Shown here piece after piece: positions 32,902 to 42,318 of a DNA stretch of 64,000 nucleotides; within the stretch, counting starts at the first letter, position 1, and every line of letters starts with the position of its first letter. The DNA is taken from assembly GCA_900617105.1 (NCBI GenBank), contig UYFQ01000001.1, positions 3,720,001 to 3,784,000 of the forward strand, given 5' to 3'. Source of the DNA: Hydrurus foetidus (Eukaryota). Under the pieces are notes generated by a model. It ran no database searches, was not told where the DNA came from, and worked only from the letters and a program-made list of their open reading frames with translations. Made by a program: the position numbers and the translations under genes.

Positions 32902-34326
32902 ATGCACATACACATACTCGGAATTTGCGGCACGTTCATGGGCGGCTTGGCTGCTCTGGCTGTGGAGGCGGGGCACAAAGTGACGGGCTGCGACACCGGC
33001 GTGTACCCGCCCATGAGCGACCAGCTGCGCGCCCTCGGCATTGAGTTGATTGAAGGCTACGGCGCAGATCAGTTGGCCTTGAGCCCCGATGTGTTTGTGG
33101 TGGGAAATGTGGTTTCACGGGCGCACGTTGACGGCAAACCCAAATACCCATTGATGGAAGCCATCCTCAACGCGGGCCTGCCCTACACCAGCGGCCCACA
33201 GTGGCTCAGCGGCCATGTGCTGCATCACCCCACGCACCACGCCACGGGCACGCGCCATGTGCTGGCTGTGGCGGGCACGCATGGCAAAACTACCACCACG
33301 GCCATGCTGGCGTGGATTTTGGAATGCGCTGGGTTGCAGCCGGGCTTTTTGGTCGGCGGTGTGCCGCTTAACTTTGGCGTGTCGGCCCGGCTGGGCGTGG
33401 GCAACACCTTCGTTATAGAGGCAGACGAATACGACACCGCGTTTTTCGACAAGCGCAGCAAGTTTGTGCACTACCGCCCGCGCACGGCGATTTTGAACAA
33501 CCTCGAATTCGACCACGCCGATATTTTTGATGACCTGGCCGCCATAGAGCGGCAGTTTCACCACTTAGTGCGCACCGTGCCGTCAACTGGGCGGGTGGTG
33601 GTGAATGCTACTGAAGAAAGTTTAGAACGCGTTATTGCCCAAGGCTGCTGGTCTGAACAAGTCCTGTTCGGCAAAGCCTGGGGCAATAAAGACGGCTTTA
33701 CCGCACACGGCGAGCCGGGCGACTTTGCGGTGCTTAAAGCCGGCAAGCAGGTGGCGCGCGTTGAGTGGGCGGTTAGCGGCGTGCACAACCAGCTCAACGC
33801 GCTGGCCGCAATTGCCGCCGCCGAGCATGTGGGCGTCGCCCCACAAACTGCCGCAGACGCACTGGCCAGTTTTCAAAACGTCAAGCGCCGCATGGAAGTG
33901 GTGGGCGTTGTCCGAAAAGACGGCGGCAACATCGCCGTATACGACGACTTTGCGCACCACCCCACGGCCATGCACACTACGGTGGACGGCCTGCGCCGCC
34001 AGCTCAATGCGGCAGGCAATGCGGCTGACCGCATATTGGCCGTGTTTGAGCCGCGCAGCAACACCATGAAGCTTGGCATGATGACGGCGCAGTTGCCGCG
34101 CGCGCTAGAGTCAGCCGACATCGCCTTTTGCCACGCAGACGGCCTGGACTGGGACGCCAAAGCCGCGTTGGCGCCGATGGTTGACCGGGCCATGGTCGCT
34201 GGCAGCATTGACGAGCTGGTGGCCCAAGTCAAAGCCAAAGCGCAGCCGGGCGACCATATTCTCTGTATGAGCAATGGCGGCTTTGGCGGTGTTCATGCCA
34301 AATTGTTGCTGGCTTTGGGTAGCTAA
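32902..34326 (+). CDS. mpl: Murein peptide ligase
   Basis: HILGICGTFMGGLA, GTHGKTTT, EADEYDTAFFDKRSKF, DDFAHHPT, EPRSNTM. Confidence 0.96.
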   Translation: MHIHILGICGTFMGGLAALAVEAGHKVTGCDTGVYPPMSDQLRALGIELIEGYGADQLALSPDVFVVGNVVSRAHVDGKPKYPLMEAILNAGLPYTSGPQWLSGHVLHHPTHHATGTRHVLAVAGTHGKTTTTAMLAWILECAGLQPGFLVGGVPLNFGVSARLGVGNTFVIEADEYDTAFFDKRSKFVHYRPRTAILNNLEFDHADIFDDLAAIERQFHHLVRTVPSTGRVVVNATEESLERVIAQGCWSEQVLFGKAWGNKDGFTAHGEPGDFAVLKAGKQVARVEWAVSGVHNQLNALAAIAAAEHVGVAPQTAADALASFQNVKRRMEVVGVVRKDGGNIAVYDDFAHHPTAMHTTVDGLRRQLNAAGNAADRILAVFEPRSNTMKLGMMTAQLPRALESADIAFCHADGLDWDAKAALAPMVDRAMVAGSIDELVAQVKAKAQPGDHILCMSNGGFGGVHAKLLLALGS

Positions 34327-34328
34327 AC

Positions 34329-34377
34329 GCTATATATTCAATAGCTGCTTGCGCCCGTATTTATTCGGCTAGAAGCA
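34329..34377 (+). repeat. GCTAT-N7-ATAGC palindromic repeat, intergenic
   Basis: GCTATATATTCAATAGCTGCTTGCGCCCGTATTTATTCGGCTAGAAGC. Confidence 0.88.
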
Positions 34378-34426
34378 AAAATAGCTTGTAAAAATCACAA
34401 AGTGCCAAGATTGGCACAATACTGCC

Positions 34427-35146
34427 ATGCACACAGATGCCATTCACAAAACCGCGTTAGTTTTATTTTCAGGCGGACAAGACTCGACCACTTGCCTGGC
34501 ACAAGCCTTGTCTAAATACGAACGGGTCGAAACCGTGGCTTTTGACTACGGTCAGCGGCACATTGTGGAGCTCCACGCGCGGCTTGATGTGCTGCGTGAA
34601 ATCAAAGCGCAGTTTCCGCAGTGGGCCAACAAGCTCGGTGCAGACCACCTGCTTGACCTGGCGGTGCTGGGCCAGGTTAGTGACACCTCACTCACGCGCG
34701 ATGTGGCTTTTAAAATCGAAAGCTCGGGCTTGCCCAATACCTTTGTGCCCGGCCGCAACCTGCTGTTTTTAACGCTCGCAGCCGCGCTGGCGTACCGGCG
34801 TGATTTGCAGGTGCTGGTCACTGGCGTGTGTGAAACCGACTTTTCAGGCTACCCGGATTGCCGCGACGACACCATCAAGGCCATGCAGCTGGCGCTGTCG
34901 CTCGGCATGGACAAACGCTTTTTGATTGAAACGCCGCTGATGTGGATTGACAAGGCCGACACCTGGGTGCTGGCCTATTTACTGGGCGGCCAGCGGCTGG
35001 TTGATTTGATTGTGGAGCACACCCACACCTGCTACATGGGCGACAGGTCGCGTCGGCATGCCTGGGGCTACGGCTGCGGCACTTGCCCCGCCTGTGAGCT
35101 GCGGGCGCGCGGCTATGCCAGGTATTCAGAACAAATTGCCAGATAA
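34427..35146 (+). CDS. queC: 7-cyano-7-deazaguanine synthase
   Basis: [33 protein letters not shown]. Confidence 0.96.
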   Translation: MHTDAIHKTALVLFSGGQDSTTCLAQALSKYERVETVAFDYGQRHIVELHARLDVLREIKAQFPQWANKLGADHLLDLAVLGQVSDTSLTRDVAFKIESSGLPNTFVPGRNLLFLTLAAALAYRRDLQVLVTGVCETDFSGYPDCRDDTIKAMQLALSLGMDKRFLIETPLMWIDKADTWVLAYLLGGQRLVDLIVEHTHTCYMGDRSRRHAWGYGCGTCPACELRARGYARYSEQIAR

Positions 35147-35169
35147 CACGCTGGCAAATAGGCGGGCAA

Positions 35170-36804
35170 CTATGCTGACTGTGGCTTGCCTGCCGTTTCA
35201 ACCACGCACCGCGTAATCAAGGGCGGCTCAGCGCCGACATGAAAGGCCAGCTTGCGCTCACGCAGCGTGACGTCGCTGGCGGTCACGCGGTCAAACCGGC
35301 GCAGGTGTTCGGTCCAGGTGTCATCAATAATCTGCTCAATGTAGTGGCCGGGCTTGCCCATGTCGCGCAGCAGCGACCAACCCAATGCGCCCTGGCGCAG
35401 GCGGCTGCTGCGGCTTGTCTGCATCAGCGCTTTGAACTCACTGGCGTGCAGCGGGTCAATCTGGTAGGCAATCGTCACCACCACGCGGCCCTCGCCGGGC
35501 GGCGAGTCAGCCACTGGCGCCTTGAATTCGCGCGACGGGCTCAAGTCCTCTTCCAGGCTCAGGTCCAGCACAAACCGCTGGGCCAGCAGCATGGCGATCG
35601 TGCCGCTGGCAGCAGCCGCTACCAGCGCCGCCGTTACGCTGGCGCTGGTGGCCACTTGGCCCCACAGCGCCGCGCCCACCGCACTCGCGCCCATGATGGC
35701 CATTTGGTACATCGACATGCCGCGTGCCCGCACCCAGTCGGGCAGCGCCAGCTGGGCCGACACACTCAGTGAGTTGGCACACGCTATCCACGCCATACCG
35801 TTCAACACCATCGCCGGCACGGCCACCCAGGCGCTGTGCGAAACCGCCATGACTGCAGTAGAGGCCGATTGCAGCATGGTGGCGCGCAGCACCAGCGTTT
35901 CGCGCGGCATCAGTTGGCGCAGGCGCGGCAAATACAAAGCGGCGGCGATAGCACCCGCGCCCATGGCAGCCAGCAGCAGTGTGAAGGTGCCTGCACCGCC
36001 GCCCGTCAGGTTGCGCGCAATCAGCGGCAGCAACGCCAGCAGGGCAGTCGAGTGAAAGAAAAACAGCGCAATTTGCAGCAGCGTCATGCGCAGCCGGCTC
36101 GACTGCGCCACGTACTGCATGCCCACCCGCATGGCGCTAACCAGCCGCTCGCGTCCCAGCGGGCTAGGCGTGTGCACGCGCCGCCAGCGCATGATGACAA
36201 AGCCTGAAATCACCGACAACACGGCATTCAAAACAAACACATACTGCGTTCCAGCACTGGCAATCAGCGCACCGGCCACCAGTGGGCCGACGATGCGCGA
36301 CGCATTCATCGCCACGCCGTTCAGCGCCAGCGCGGCGGGGAGCTGGTTGCGCGGCACCAGCTCGGGCACGATGGCGGCAAACACCGGCCAGCGCATGGCC
36401 AGGCCCACGCCGTTGGCAAACGTCAGCGCGAGCAGCAGCGGCGGGTTGAGCACATCAGCAATTACGGCAACGCACAGCAGCACGGCCACGGTGGCTATCC
36501 AGAACTGCGTGGCAATAAAGTAGCGCCTGCGGTCCAAAATATCCGCCAGCGCGCCGCTGGGCAAGCCCAGCAAAAACACTGGCAGCGTAGCAGCGGTTTG
36601 CACCAGCGCCACCCACAGCGGCGTGGTGGTCATGGACGTCATCAGCCACGCGGCGGCAACGTCGCTCATCCACATGCAGATGTTGGCCGTGAGCCAGGTG
36701 GCCCACAACATGCGAAACACCGGCAACTTGAGCGGGCCCAGGGCCGACAAGTCAGCGTTGCTGGGCGGTGTGGCCTTTTCGGCTTGGGCAGGTTCGTCAG
36801 GCAT
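35170..36804 (-). CDS. MFS transporter with soluble C-terminal domain
   Basis: 12-TM pattern, GALADILDRRR motif A. Confidence 0.9.
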   Translation of the reverse strand: MPDEPAQAEKATPPSNADLSALGPLKLPVFRMLWATWLTANICMWMSDVAAAWLMTSMTTTPLWVALVQTAATLPVFLLGLPSGALADILDRRRYFIATQFWIATVAVLLCVAVIADVLNPPLLLALTFANGVGLAMRWPVFAAIVPELVPRNQLPAALALNGVAMNASRIVGPLVAGALIASAGTQYVFVLNAVLSVISGFVIMRWRRVHTPSPLGRERLVSAMRVGMQYVAQSSRLRMTLLQIALFFFHSTALLALLPLIARNLTGGGAGTFTLLLAAMGAGAIAAALYLPRLRQLMPRETLVLRATMLQSASTAVMAVSHSAWVAVPAMVLNGMAWIACANSLSVSAQLALPDWVRARGMSMYQMAIMGASAVGAALWGQVATSASVTAALVAAAASGTIAMLLAQRFVLDLSLEEDLSPSREFKAPVADSPPGEGRVVVTIAYQIDPLHASEFKALMQTSRSSRLRQGALGWSLLRDMGKPGHYIEQIIDDTWTEHLRRFDRVTASDVTLRERKLAFHVGAEPPLITRCVVETAGKPQSA

Positions 36805-38620
36805 TCAGCGTGGGTTTCAATTCGCTCTGGCGCACTGCATAGCTCGCTTCAGCGTTGTCTGCCTGCTTGACAAGTGCCCACTGCTGGTCGTGAAAAGCCG
36901 CGACGCTCGGCCGGTGCGCAATCGACACAAGGCTGCCGCCCGCAGCCGTTACCTGCGCCAGCAATTTGCCGTACAGCGTGTTTTCAGCGGTGGTGTCTAG
37001 CGCGCCGGTGGCCTCGTCTGCAAAAATCCAGCTCGGTTTTTTAAGCAGCACCCGCGCAATTGCCAAACGCTGCTGTTCGCCGCCTGAGAGTTTTTGGCCC
37101 CAAGCGTCCGACTCGTCCAGTTTGCTACATAGACTGGGCAGCAGCGCGTCAGTCAGGGCTTGGGTCAACTCAGCATCTGTGTAGTCGGTGGCGGGTTGCG
37201 GGTAAGCCAACGCATTGCGTAGCGAGCCTTCCGGAAAGTACGGCCGCTGCGGAATAAACATGGCGTTGGCGGGCAACTGGGTGCGCCCGGTGCTAAATGG
37301 CCAAATGCCCGAAAACACCCTGAACAAGCTTGATTTACCGCTGCCCGATGGCCCGCTTAGCAAAACATTATTGCCCGGCTTGGCTACCAGGTTAACGCCG
37401 CTCAGGAGTGTTTTTCCGTTGGGCAAACGTACCGCCATGTCGCTGGCCTGCAAAGCATTGCCTGCTACCAAATGCGTAGCTTCTGACGCCCGATCTTGCT
37501 CGGCCAGGCGCACAAAAGTCTCTTCAAAACCCGACAAACGCTGCGTGGTGGCGGCCCAGCTGGCCAGGCTTGAATAGTTGTCTACAAACCAGCTGAGTGA
37601 GTCTTGCACTTTGCCAAAAGCCGTGGCAATTTGCATCAATTGGCCGAGCTGAATTGCGCCGCTGAACAAACGCGGTGCGGCCACCACAAACGGAAAAATA
37701 ATGGCCGCTTGGCCAAAAAACGACGTGAACCACACCAGGTTTTTTTGCGCCCGAATCAGCTGTAAATAGTTGGTCAGCACATCTGCAAAACGCAGGCCCA
37801 GCTGCTTTTTTTCAACCGCTTCACCCTTGTCAAGCGCAATCGACTCGCTGAACTCCCGCACCCGCACCATGCGATGCCGAAAGTCGGCTTCATAGCGCTC
37901 TTGAAAAAAGTTAAGCACAACCTGCTTTTTACCAATCAGGTGGCTGAGCACACTGCCCACCAGGCAGTACAGCACCGCTGCCCACACCATGTAGCCTTGA
38001 ATCGTGAAATTCTGACCACCCAAACTGAAGCTGATCGGGCCAGACAGCGCCCACAAAATGCCGATAAAACTCACCAACGTGACCACGGCGTTCAGCAGCC
38101 CCATGCTGAGCGACACCGAAAAAGAGGTGAACTTGTTGATGTCTTCCTGAATGCGCTGGTCGGGGTTGTCTGGGGTGGATGTAGCGCCGCCTTCAACTGG
38201 CGCCGCACTGAATCGGGCCAGCTCCATCGTGTAAAAAACCTGGCCGGTCAGCCAGCGGTCAAGGTAAAAGTTCGTCATCCACGCGCGCCAGCGCACCTCG
38301 AGCAGCTGGGTTAAATAAAACTTGTAAACCGCAATCACGATTCCGCCAAACGCAAGGTAAGTAAACACACCCATTTGCTGCCAAAACACGGGCTGGTCGC
38401 GCTTTTCCATGGCGTTATAAAAGGCGCCGTACCAGTCATTAAACAGCACCGCCACGTAAACCGTGGCCAGGTTCAACGCGACGATGGCGGCGAGCAGCCC
38501 GCGTGCTTTCCACTTGTCTTCTGAGTTGAAGTACGGGCCGGCCAATGCGCGAATTTGCCGCACAAACTTTCGAAATGCGCCCCAGTTTGAGCTGGTGGGC
38601 GATGCGGCGGTGTTGTTCAT
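36797..38620 (-). CDS. Fused ABC permease/ATPase (YddA/BacA-like, ABCD type)
   Basis: DNPDQRIQED, EADFR, GPSGSGKS, LSGGEQQR, DEAT. Confidence 0.9.
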   Translation of the reverse strand: MNNTAASPTSSNWGAFRKFVRQIRALAGPYFNSEDKWKARGLLAAIVALNLATVYVAVLFNDWYGAFYNAMEKRDQPVFWQQMGVFTYLAFGGIVIAVYKFYLTQLLEVRWRAWMTNFYLDRWLTGQVFYTMELARFSAAPVEGGATSTPDNPDQRIQEDINKFTSFSVSLSMGLLNAVVTLVSFIGILWALSGPISFSLGGQNFTIQGYMVWAAVLYCLVGSVLSHLIGKKQVVLNFFQERYEADFRHRMVRVREFSESIALDKGEAVEKKQLGLRFADVLTNYLQLIRAQKNLVWFTSFFGQAAIIFPFVVAAPRLFSGAIQLGQLMQIATAFGKVQDSLSWFVDNYSSLASWAATTQRLSGFEETFVRLAEQDRASEATHLVAGNALQASDMAVRLPNGKTLLSGVNLVAKPGNNVLLSGPSGSGKSSLFRVFSGIWPFSTGRTQLPANAMFIPQRPYFPEGSLRNALAYPQPATDYTDAELTQALTDALLPSLCSKLDESDAWGQKLSGGEQQRLAIARVLLKKPSWIFADEATGALDTTAENTLYGKLLAQVTAAGGSLVSIAHRPSVAAFHDQQWALVKQADNAEASYAVRQSELKPTLNA

Positions 38621-38627
38621 GGCACAT

Positions 38628-39572
38628 TCAACCTGGTGAATTGGGCAGTTTTGCTGCTACGGGTGAAATTGGTGGTGAGGGGTTAGACACGCCGCTGGCC
38701 ACATGCCCGGCAGGCACATGCAGCGCAGCTGAATCAACATGGCCGGTCTGGTCGTCAAAGAAAAAGTCGGGCTCAAATTCGCGCAAAAACTCGCCCTTAT
38801 CCAAGCCACCTAAAAACATGGCCTGGTCAACTTCAATGTTCCAGTCCATCAGCGTGCGTATCGCTCGTTCGTGCGCTGGGGCACTGCGGGCGGTGACCAG
38901 CGCGGTGCGAATGCGCATGTGCTCGTTGCTGTCTTGCTGCAGCCGGTGCAACGCCTTGAGCAGCGGCATAAAAGGCCCCGGCGGTAGCGGCTTGCCGGAG
39001 TGTTTTCGTTCGTGTTTCTGGAAGGCGTCAAGTCCGCCTAATTGGTAGACCCGCTCGGCCTGGTCTGAAAATAAAACAGCGTCACCGTCAAAGGCAATCC
39101 GCACTTCGTTGGGGTAAGTGGTTTTGGCGTGCACGGCGTGGGTAGCCACAGTTGCAGCGGCAAAACCGTTGCCAAGCGCCGAGCGAACGTCGCCTGATTG
39201 GGCCGACAAAAACAGGTTCGCTTTCAGCGGCCTGAGGTAGCGCCAAGGTGCCTCTCCCCGCGTAAAGGTGCAGCGGCTGATGGCAAGCTTGTAGTGCTCT
39301 GCAGATCGCATGACTCGCAGGCCACTGACCGGATCGTTGCGGGACAAAATGACCACCTCGACCCGCTGAACACCGGGCGTATTAAAGGCCAGCAGTTTTT
39401 TAACCAGCGAAAAAGCCACACCCGGCTTGGCGGGTTGTTCGACGCGCTGCAACTGCATCTGCATGTACGCCTTGTCATCGTGCAACTCAAAAATTTGATT
39501 TTCTTCTTCGAAGTCAAACAGCGCCCTGGATGAAATGGCGACTACAAGTTGTCCGTCAAGATTGCTGGCCAT
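38628..39572 (-). CDS. 5'-nucleotidase (cN-I-like family)
   Basis: VAISSRALFD, IAFDGDAVLF, TARSAPAHER, FFDDQ. Confidence 0.92.
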   Translation of the reverse strand: MASNLDGQLVVAISSRALFDFEEENQIFELHDDKAYMQMQLQRVEQPAKPGVAFSLVKKLLAFNTPGVQRVEVVILSRNDPVSGLRVMRSAEHYKLAISRCTFTRGEAPWRYLRPLKANLFLSAQSGDVRSALGNGFAAATVATHAVHAKTTYPNEVRIAFDGDAVLFSDQAERVYQLGGLDAFQKHERKHSGKPLPPGPFMPLLKALHRLQQDSNEHMRIRTALVTARSAPAHERAIRTLMDWNIEVDQAMFLGGLDKGEFLREFEPDFFFDDQTGHVDSAALHVPAGHVASGVSNPSPPISPVAAKLPNSPG

Positions 39573-39596
39573 GGTCCGTTGCCCTTATTTTGCTTT

Positions 39597-40235
39597 TTAC
39601 GAGTTGACCGTCAGTTTGCACCATTGTCCATAGGCGGGTGCAGCAATTGGCCATTGGTCAGCGCGGGTGATGCTGCGGGCGCCGCTGGCAATCAGGCTGG
39701 CGGCGCGAATCACGCCTGCGTGGGTGATCCACAGCGTGTCTCGACTCATGTCCAGCTCGTCAAACGCGGCGGCGACGCGGGCCATGAACTGCGTCACGCT
39801 TTCGCCGGTTTGCCCGGCTGGGTAGTTGGCAAAGTCATCGGTCCACGCGTCGAGCTCGGCTTTGGCAATGTCTGCCCAAGCGCGGCCTTCCCACTGCCCA
39901 AAGTTCATTTCTTGCAGTTTAGGGTCTGTTTTAGGGCTTAAATCAGGCCGTAGCCCAATTAATACGGGCGCGAGCAGCTCACATCTTTGTAGCGGTGAGG
40001 TGACGACGGTGACGCCGCCCGGCAGAATTTTGGCCAGTTGCGCCGCGCAGGCTTGCGTGGCTTCGGCGTCGGCGGGCATGTCGAGCTGGCCGTAGCAAAT
40101 TCCGGGCTCGATCAGTGGCTGCGCATGCCTGACCAACCACAAAAATTTTGCCCCCACGCTTCTCACTTCGTGTGTACGCTGCCCCCCGAGGGGGCTAGCC
40201 TTGCTAGGGGCGGCCCGTCGCTGCGGCGGCGTCAT
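39597..40235 (-). CDS. cobC: Histidine phosphatase family protein (CobC-like alpha-ribazole phosphatase)
   Basis: LVRHA, SPLQRC, EMNFGQWEG, GES, THAGVIR; ATGA-coupled to cobS. Confidence 0.82.
   Translation of the reverse strand: MTPPQRRAAPSKASPLGGQRTHEVRSVGAKFLWLVRHAQPLIEPGICYGQLDMPADAEATQACAAQLAKILPGGVTVVTSPLQRCELLAPVLIGLRPDLSPKTDPKLQEMNFGQWEGRAWADIAKAELDAWTDDFANYPAGQTGESVTQFMARVAAAFDELDMSRDTLWITHAGVIRAASLIASGARSITRADQWPIAAPAYGQWCKLTVNS
39946..39993 (-). repeat. GCTAT-N7-ATAGC family repeat inside cobC
   Basis: TAGCCCAATTAATACGGGCGCGAGCAGCT matches the groES-groEL intergenic copy at 27 of 29 positions. Confidence 0.85.
40150..40231. repeat. CCCCCCGAGGGGGC-type palindromic element forming the CobC N-terminal extension
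   Basis: GCTGCCCCCCGAGGGGGCTAGCCTTGCTAGGGGCGGCCC with nested hairpins; single copy in the window, family recognised from recall. Confidence 0.6.
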
Positions 40236-41080
40236 AAAGCGATTGCCAAACCCAGGTAAAAAGCAATCTCACAAACCTGCTGCGTAGCGCCGAGGCAGTC
40301 GCCGGTAAAGCCTTGCAGTCGGCGCTTGAACAGCCGGTGCATGTAGAGCAGGGCGATGAAGGCGAGGCTGCAAGCTACTATTAAATCAGTAGCTGCTTGC
40401 GCCCATGAAACAAGGGCTAGAGCCGTAAAACACCATAAAAAAGCAGCTAAAAGGCTGTTTAAACTGATGTTATCTGCCAGCGGCTTTGACTTCGATGCCG
40501 CTGCATCGCCGACATGCGGCAGCCAGAAAATCAGCAGCAACGGCAGCGTACGTGACACCACGTGCCCTGCCAACAAGGCGCTGGCCACGTACCAGGCCTT
40601 GAACGGCGCGCCATCACTAAAGTCGCCCCAGCCCGTTGGGTCGCCTTCAACGCCCCCCAGCAACGACAACAGCGCCACTTTGGCTAGCACCGCCAGCACA
40701 AGCGCCAACGCACCGAATGCGCCTACGCGCGAGTCTTTCATGATCTCTAACGCGCGATTCCGGTCATAGCTGCCGCCCAGGCCGTCGGCCACATCGGCCA
40801 AGCCGTCTTCATGAAAAGCGCCAGTCAGCAGCACGGTGGCGGTGATCGACAACACGGCCGCAATCAGTGGCGTGAAAGTGCTGTCGGGTAGCAGGGAAGC
40901 CAGCGCAACATAAACCAATGCCGCCACCATGCCGACCACCACGCCCACCCCCGGAAAGTGCGCCGCGCTGGCCCGCAGCATGGCGGGGTTAAAACCCACC
41001 CAGTCGGCGAGTTTGCCGGTGATGGGGATGCGGGTGAAGAATTGGATGGCCAGCAAAAAGTGGCGGATGAACTGGGTCAC
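40232..41080 (-). CDS. cobS: Adenosylcobinamide-GDP ribazoletransferase (start 41080 GTG or 41107)
   Basis: QFFTRIP, TGAFHEDGLADVADG, IMKDSRVGAFG, GFTGDCLGA. Confidence 0.95.
   Translation of the reverse strand: MTQFIRHFLLAIQFFTRIPITGKLADWVGFNPAMLRASAAHFPGVGVVVGMVAALVYVALASLLPDSTFTPLIAAVLSITATVLLTGAFHEDGLADVADGLGGSYDRNRALEIMKDSRVGAFGALALVLAVLAKVALLSLLGGVEGDPTGWGDFSDGAPFKAWYVASALLAGHVVSRTLPLLLIFWLPHVGDAAASKSKPLADNISLNSLLAAFLWCFTALALVSWAQAATDLIVACSLAFIALLYMHRLFKRRLQGFTGDCLGATQQVCEIAFYLGLAIAL
40377..40424 (+). repeat. GCTAT-N7-ATAGC family repeat inside cobS
   Basis: ACTATTAAATCAGTAGCTGCTTGCGCCCATGAAACAAGGGCTAGAGCC, an AT-rich patch in a GC-rich gene. Confidence 0.78.
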
Positions 41081-41090
41081 GCCATTTGCC

Positions 41091-42131
41091 TTAAGCGTCT
41101 TTCCCACTCACCCCAGCAGACTCAAAACTCGCCATCTCGTTCATCAAATTAACTGCCGACTGCACAAGCGGCCAAGCCAGCAGCGCGCCGGTGCCTTCGC
41201 CCAAGCGCATACCTAGGTCGAGTAGCGCTGTGGCCCGCAAATGCGCCAGCAAAGCATGGTGGCCGCGCTCAGCCGAGCGGTGACAAAACACCATGTAGTC
41301 TTTGGCTGCGGGAGTTACTTCACAGGCCACCAGGGCTGCGCTGCCAGCGATAAAACCGTCAACCAAAATCACCCGCCGCTCCGCCGCGGCTTGCAGCATG
41401 GCGCCCACCATCATGGCAATTTCAAAACCGCCCATCGCAGCCAGAGCGCCCAGCGGCGACGTGGCAGCCGCGTGCAAATCAGCGACCTTGTCAAGCACGG
41501 CTTGCTTGTGCGCCAGCTGTGGGTCAGTCAAGCCCGTGCCGCGCCCGGTGGCGTCTTCAATCGATACACCTGTCAACCGATGCAGCAGCAGCGCCGCCGC
41601 TGACGTGTTGGCAATGCCCATTTCACCAAAAGCCACCACGTTGCCAGGCAGAGTTTTAACCACATCAGCACCCGCTTGCAATGCAGCATCGCACTGCTCA
41701 GCAGTCATCGCCGCGTCTTGCGCCGAGTTGCCCGTGCCCATCGCGATTTTGCGTTTGATCAACTGCGGGTGGTCAGCAAACTCGCCCGCCACGCCTGCAT
41801 CAACCACGTGCAGCGCAAAACCATGTTGGCGCGCCAGCACATTGATGGCCGCGCCGCCCGCCAGCATGTTGCCGACCATTTGCACCGTGACAGCTTGCGG
41901 AAAGGCTGATACACCTTCAGCCGCAATACCGTGGTCCGCTGCAAACACCACCATTTGCGGTTGGTGTAGTTTTAGCGATTCGCTGCGCTGAATCAAACCC
42001 AGTTGCAGCGCCAAATTTTCAAGCTGGCCCAGCGCGCCCAGCGGTTTAGTTTTGTGGTCAATTTTGTGCTGCAGCTGTTGCGCGAAAGCCGTGTCAACTA
42101 CTGAGTCAATTTTCGGTATTTGAAAGGTCAT
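41091..42131 (-). CDS. cobT: Nicotinate-nucleotide--dimethylbenzimidazole phosphoribosyltransferase
   Basis: KTKPLGALG.LE, FAADHG, GEMGIANT, GRGTG, GGFEI, RLGEGTGA. Confidence 0.96.
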   Translation of the reverse strand: MTFQIPKIDSVVDTAFAQQLQHKIDHKTKPLGALGQLENLALQLGLIQRSESLKLHQPQMVVFAADHGIAAEGVSAFPQAVTVQMVGNMLAGGAAINVLARQHGFALHVVDAGVAGEFADHPQLIKRKIAMGTGNSAQDAAMTAEQCDAALQAGADVVKTLPGNVVAFGEMGIANTSAAALLLHRLTGVSIEDATGRGTGLTDPQLAHKQAVLDKVADLHAAATSPLGALAAMGGFEIAMMVGAMLQAAAERRVILVDGFIAGSAALVACEVTPAAKDYMVFCHRSAERGHHALLAHLRATALLDLGMRLGEGTGALLAWPLVQSAVNLMNEMASFESAGVSGKDA

Positions 42132-42312
42132 TTTTATCAATTAATGGTTGAAGGCAGGCCGGGCACAAGCAGCTCGCTGGTTGTGTGGGTTCAAGGGACG
42201 GTACAGGCACCACACGCGGCATGTCAAAGCACCAGCAACTTTCCTCACCTGAGGCTACCCCGCAGCGCAAGCCGTTGCCACATTGGGGGCAAATTGACGA
42301 GTCTGCGGGCAC
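42106..42312 (-). CDS. Cysteine-rich CWC family small protein
   Basis: CPQCG...C...SCWC...CLCPACL. Confidence 0.8.
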   Translation of the reverse strand: MPADSSICPQCGNGLRCGVASGEESCWCFDMPRVVPVPSLEPTQPASCLCPACLQPLIDKNDLSNTEN

Positions 42313-42318
42313 GAGTTT

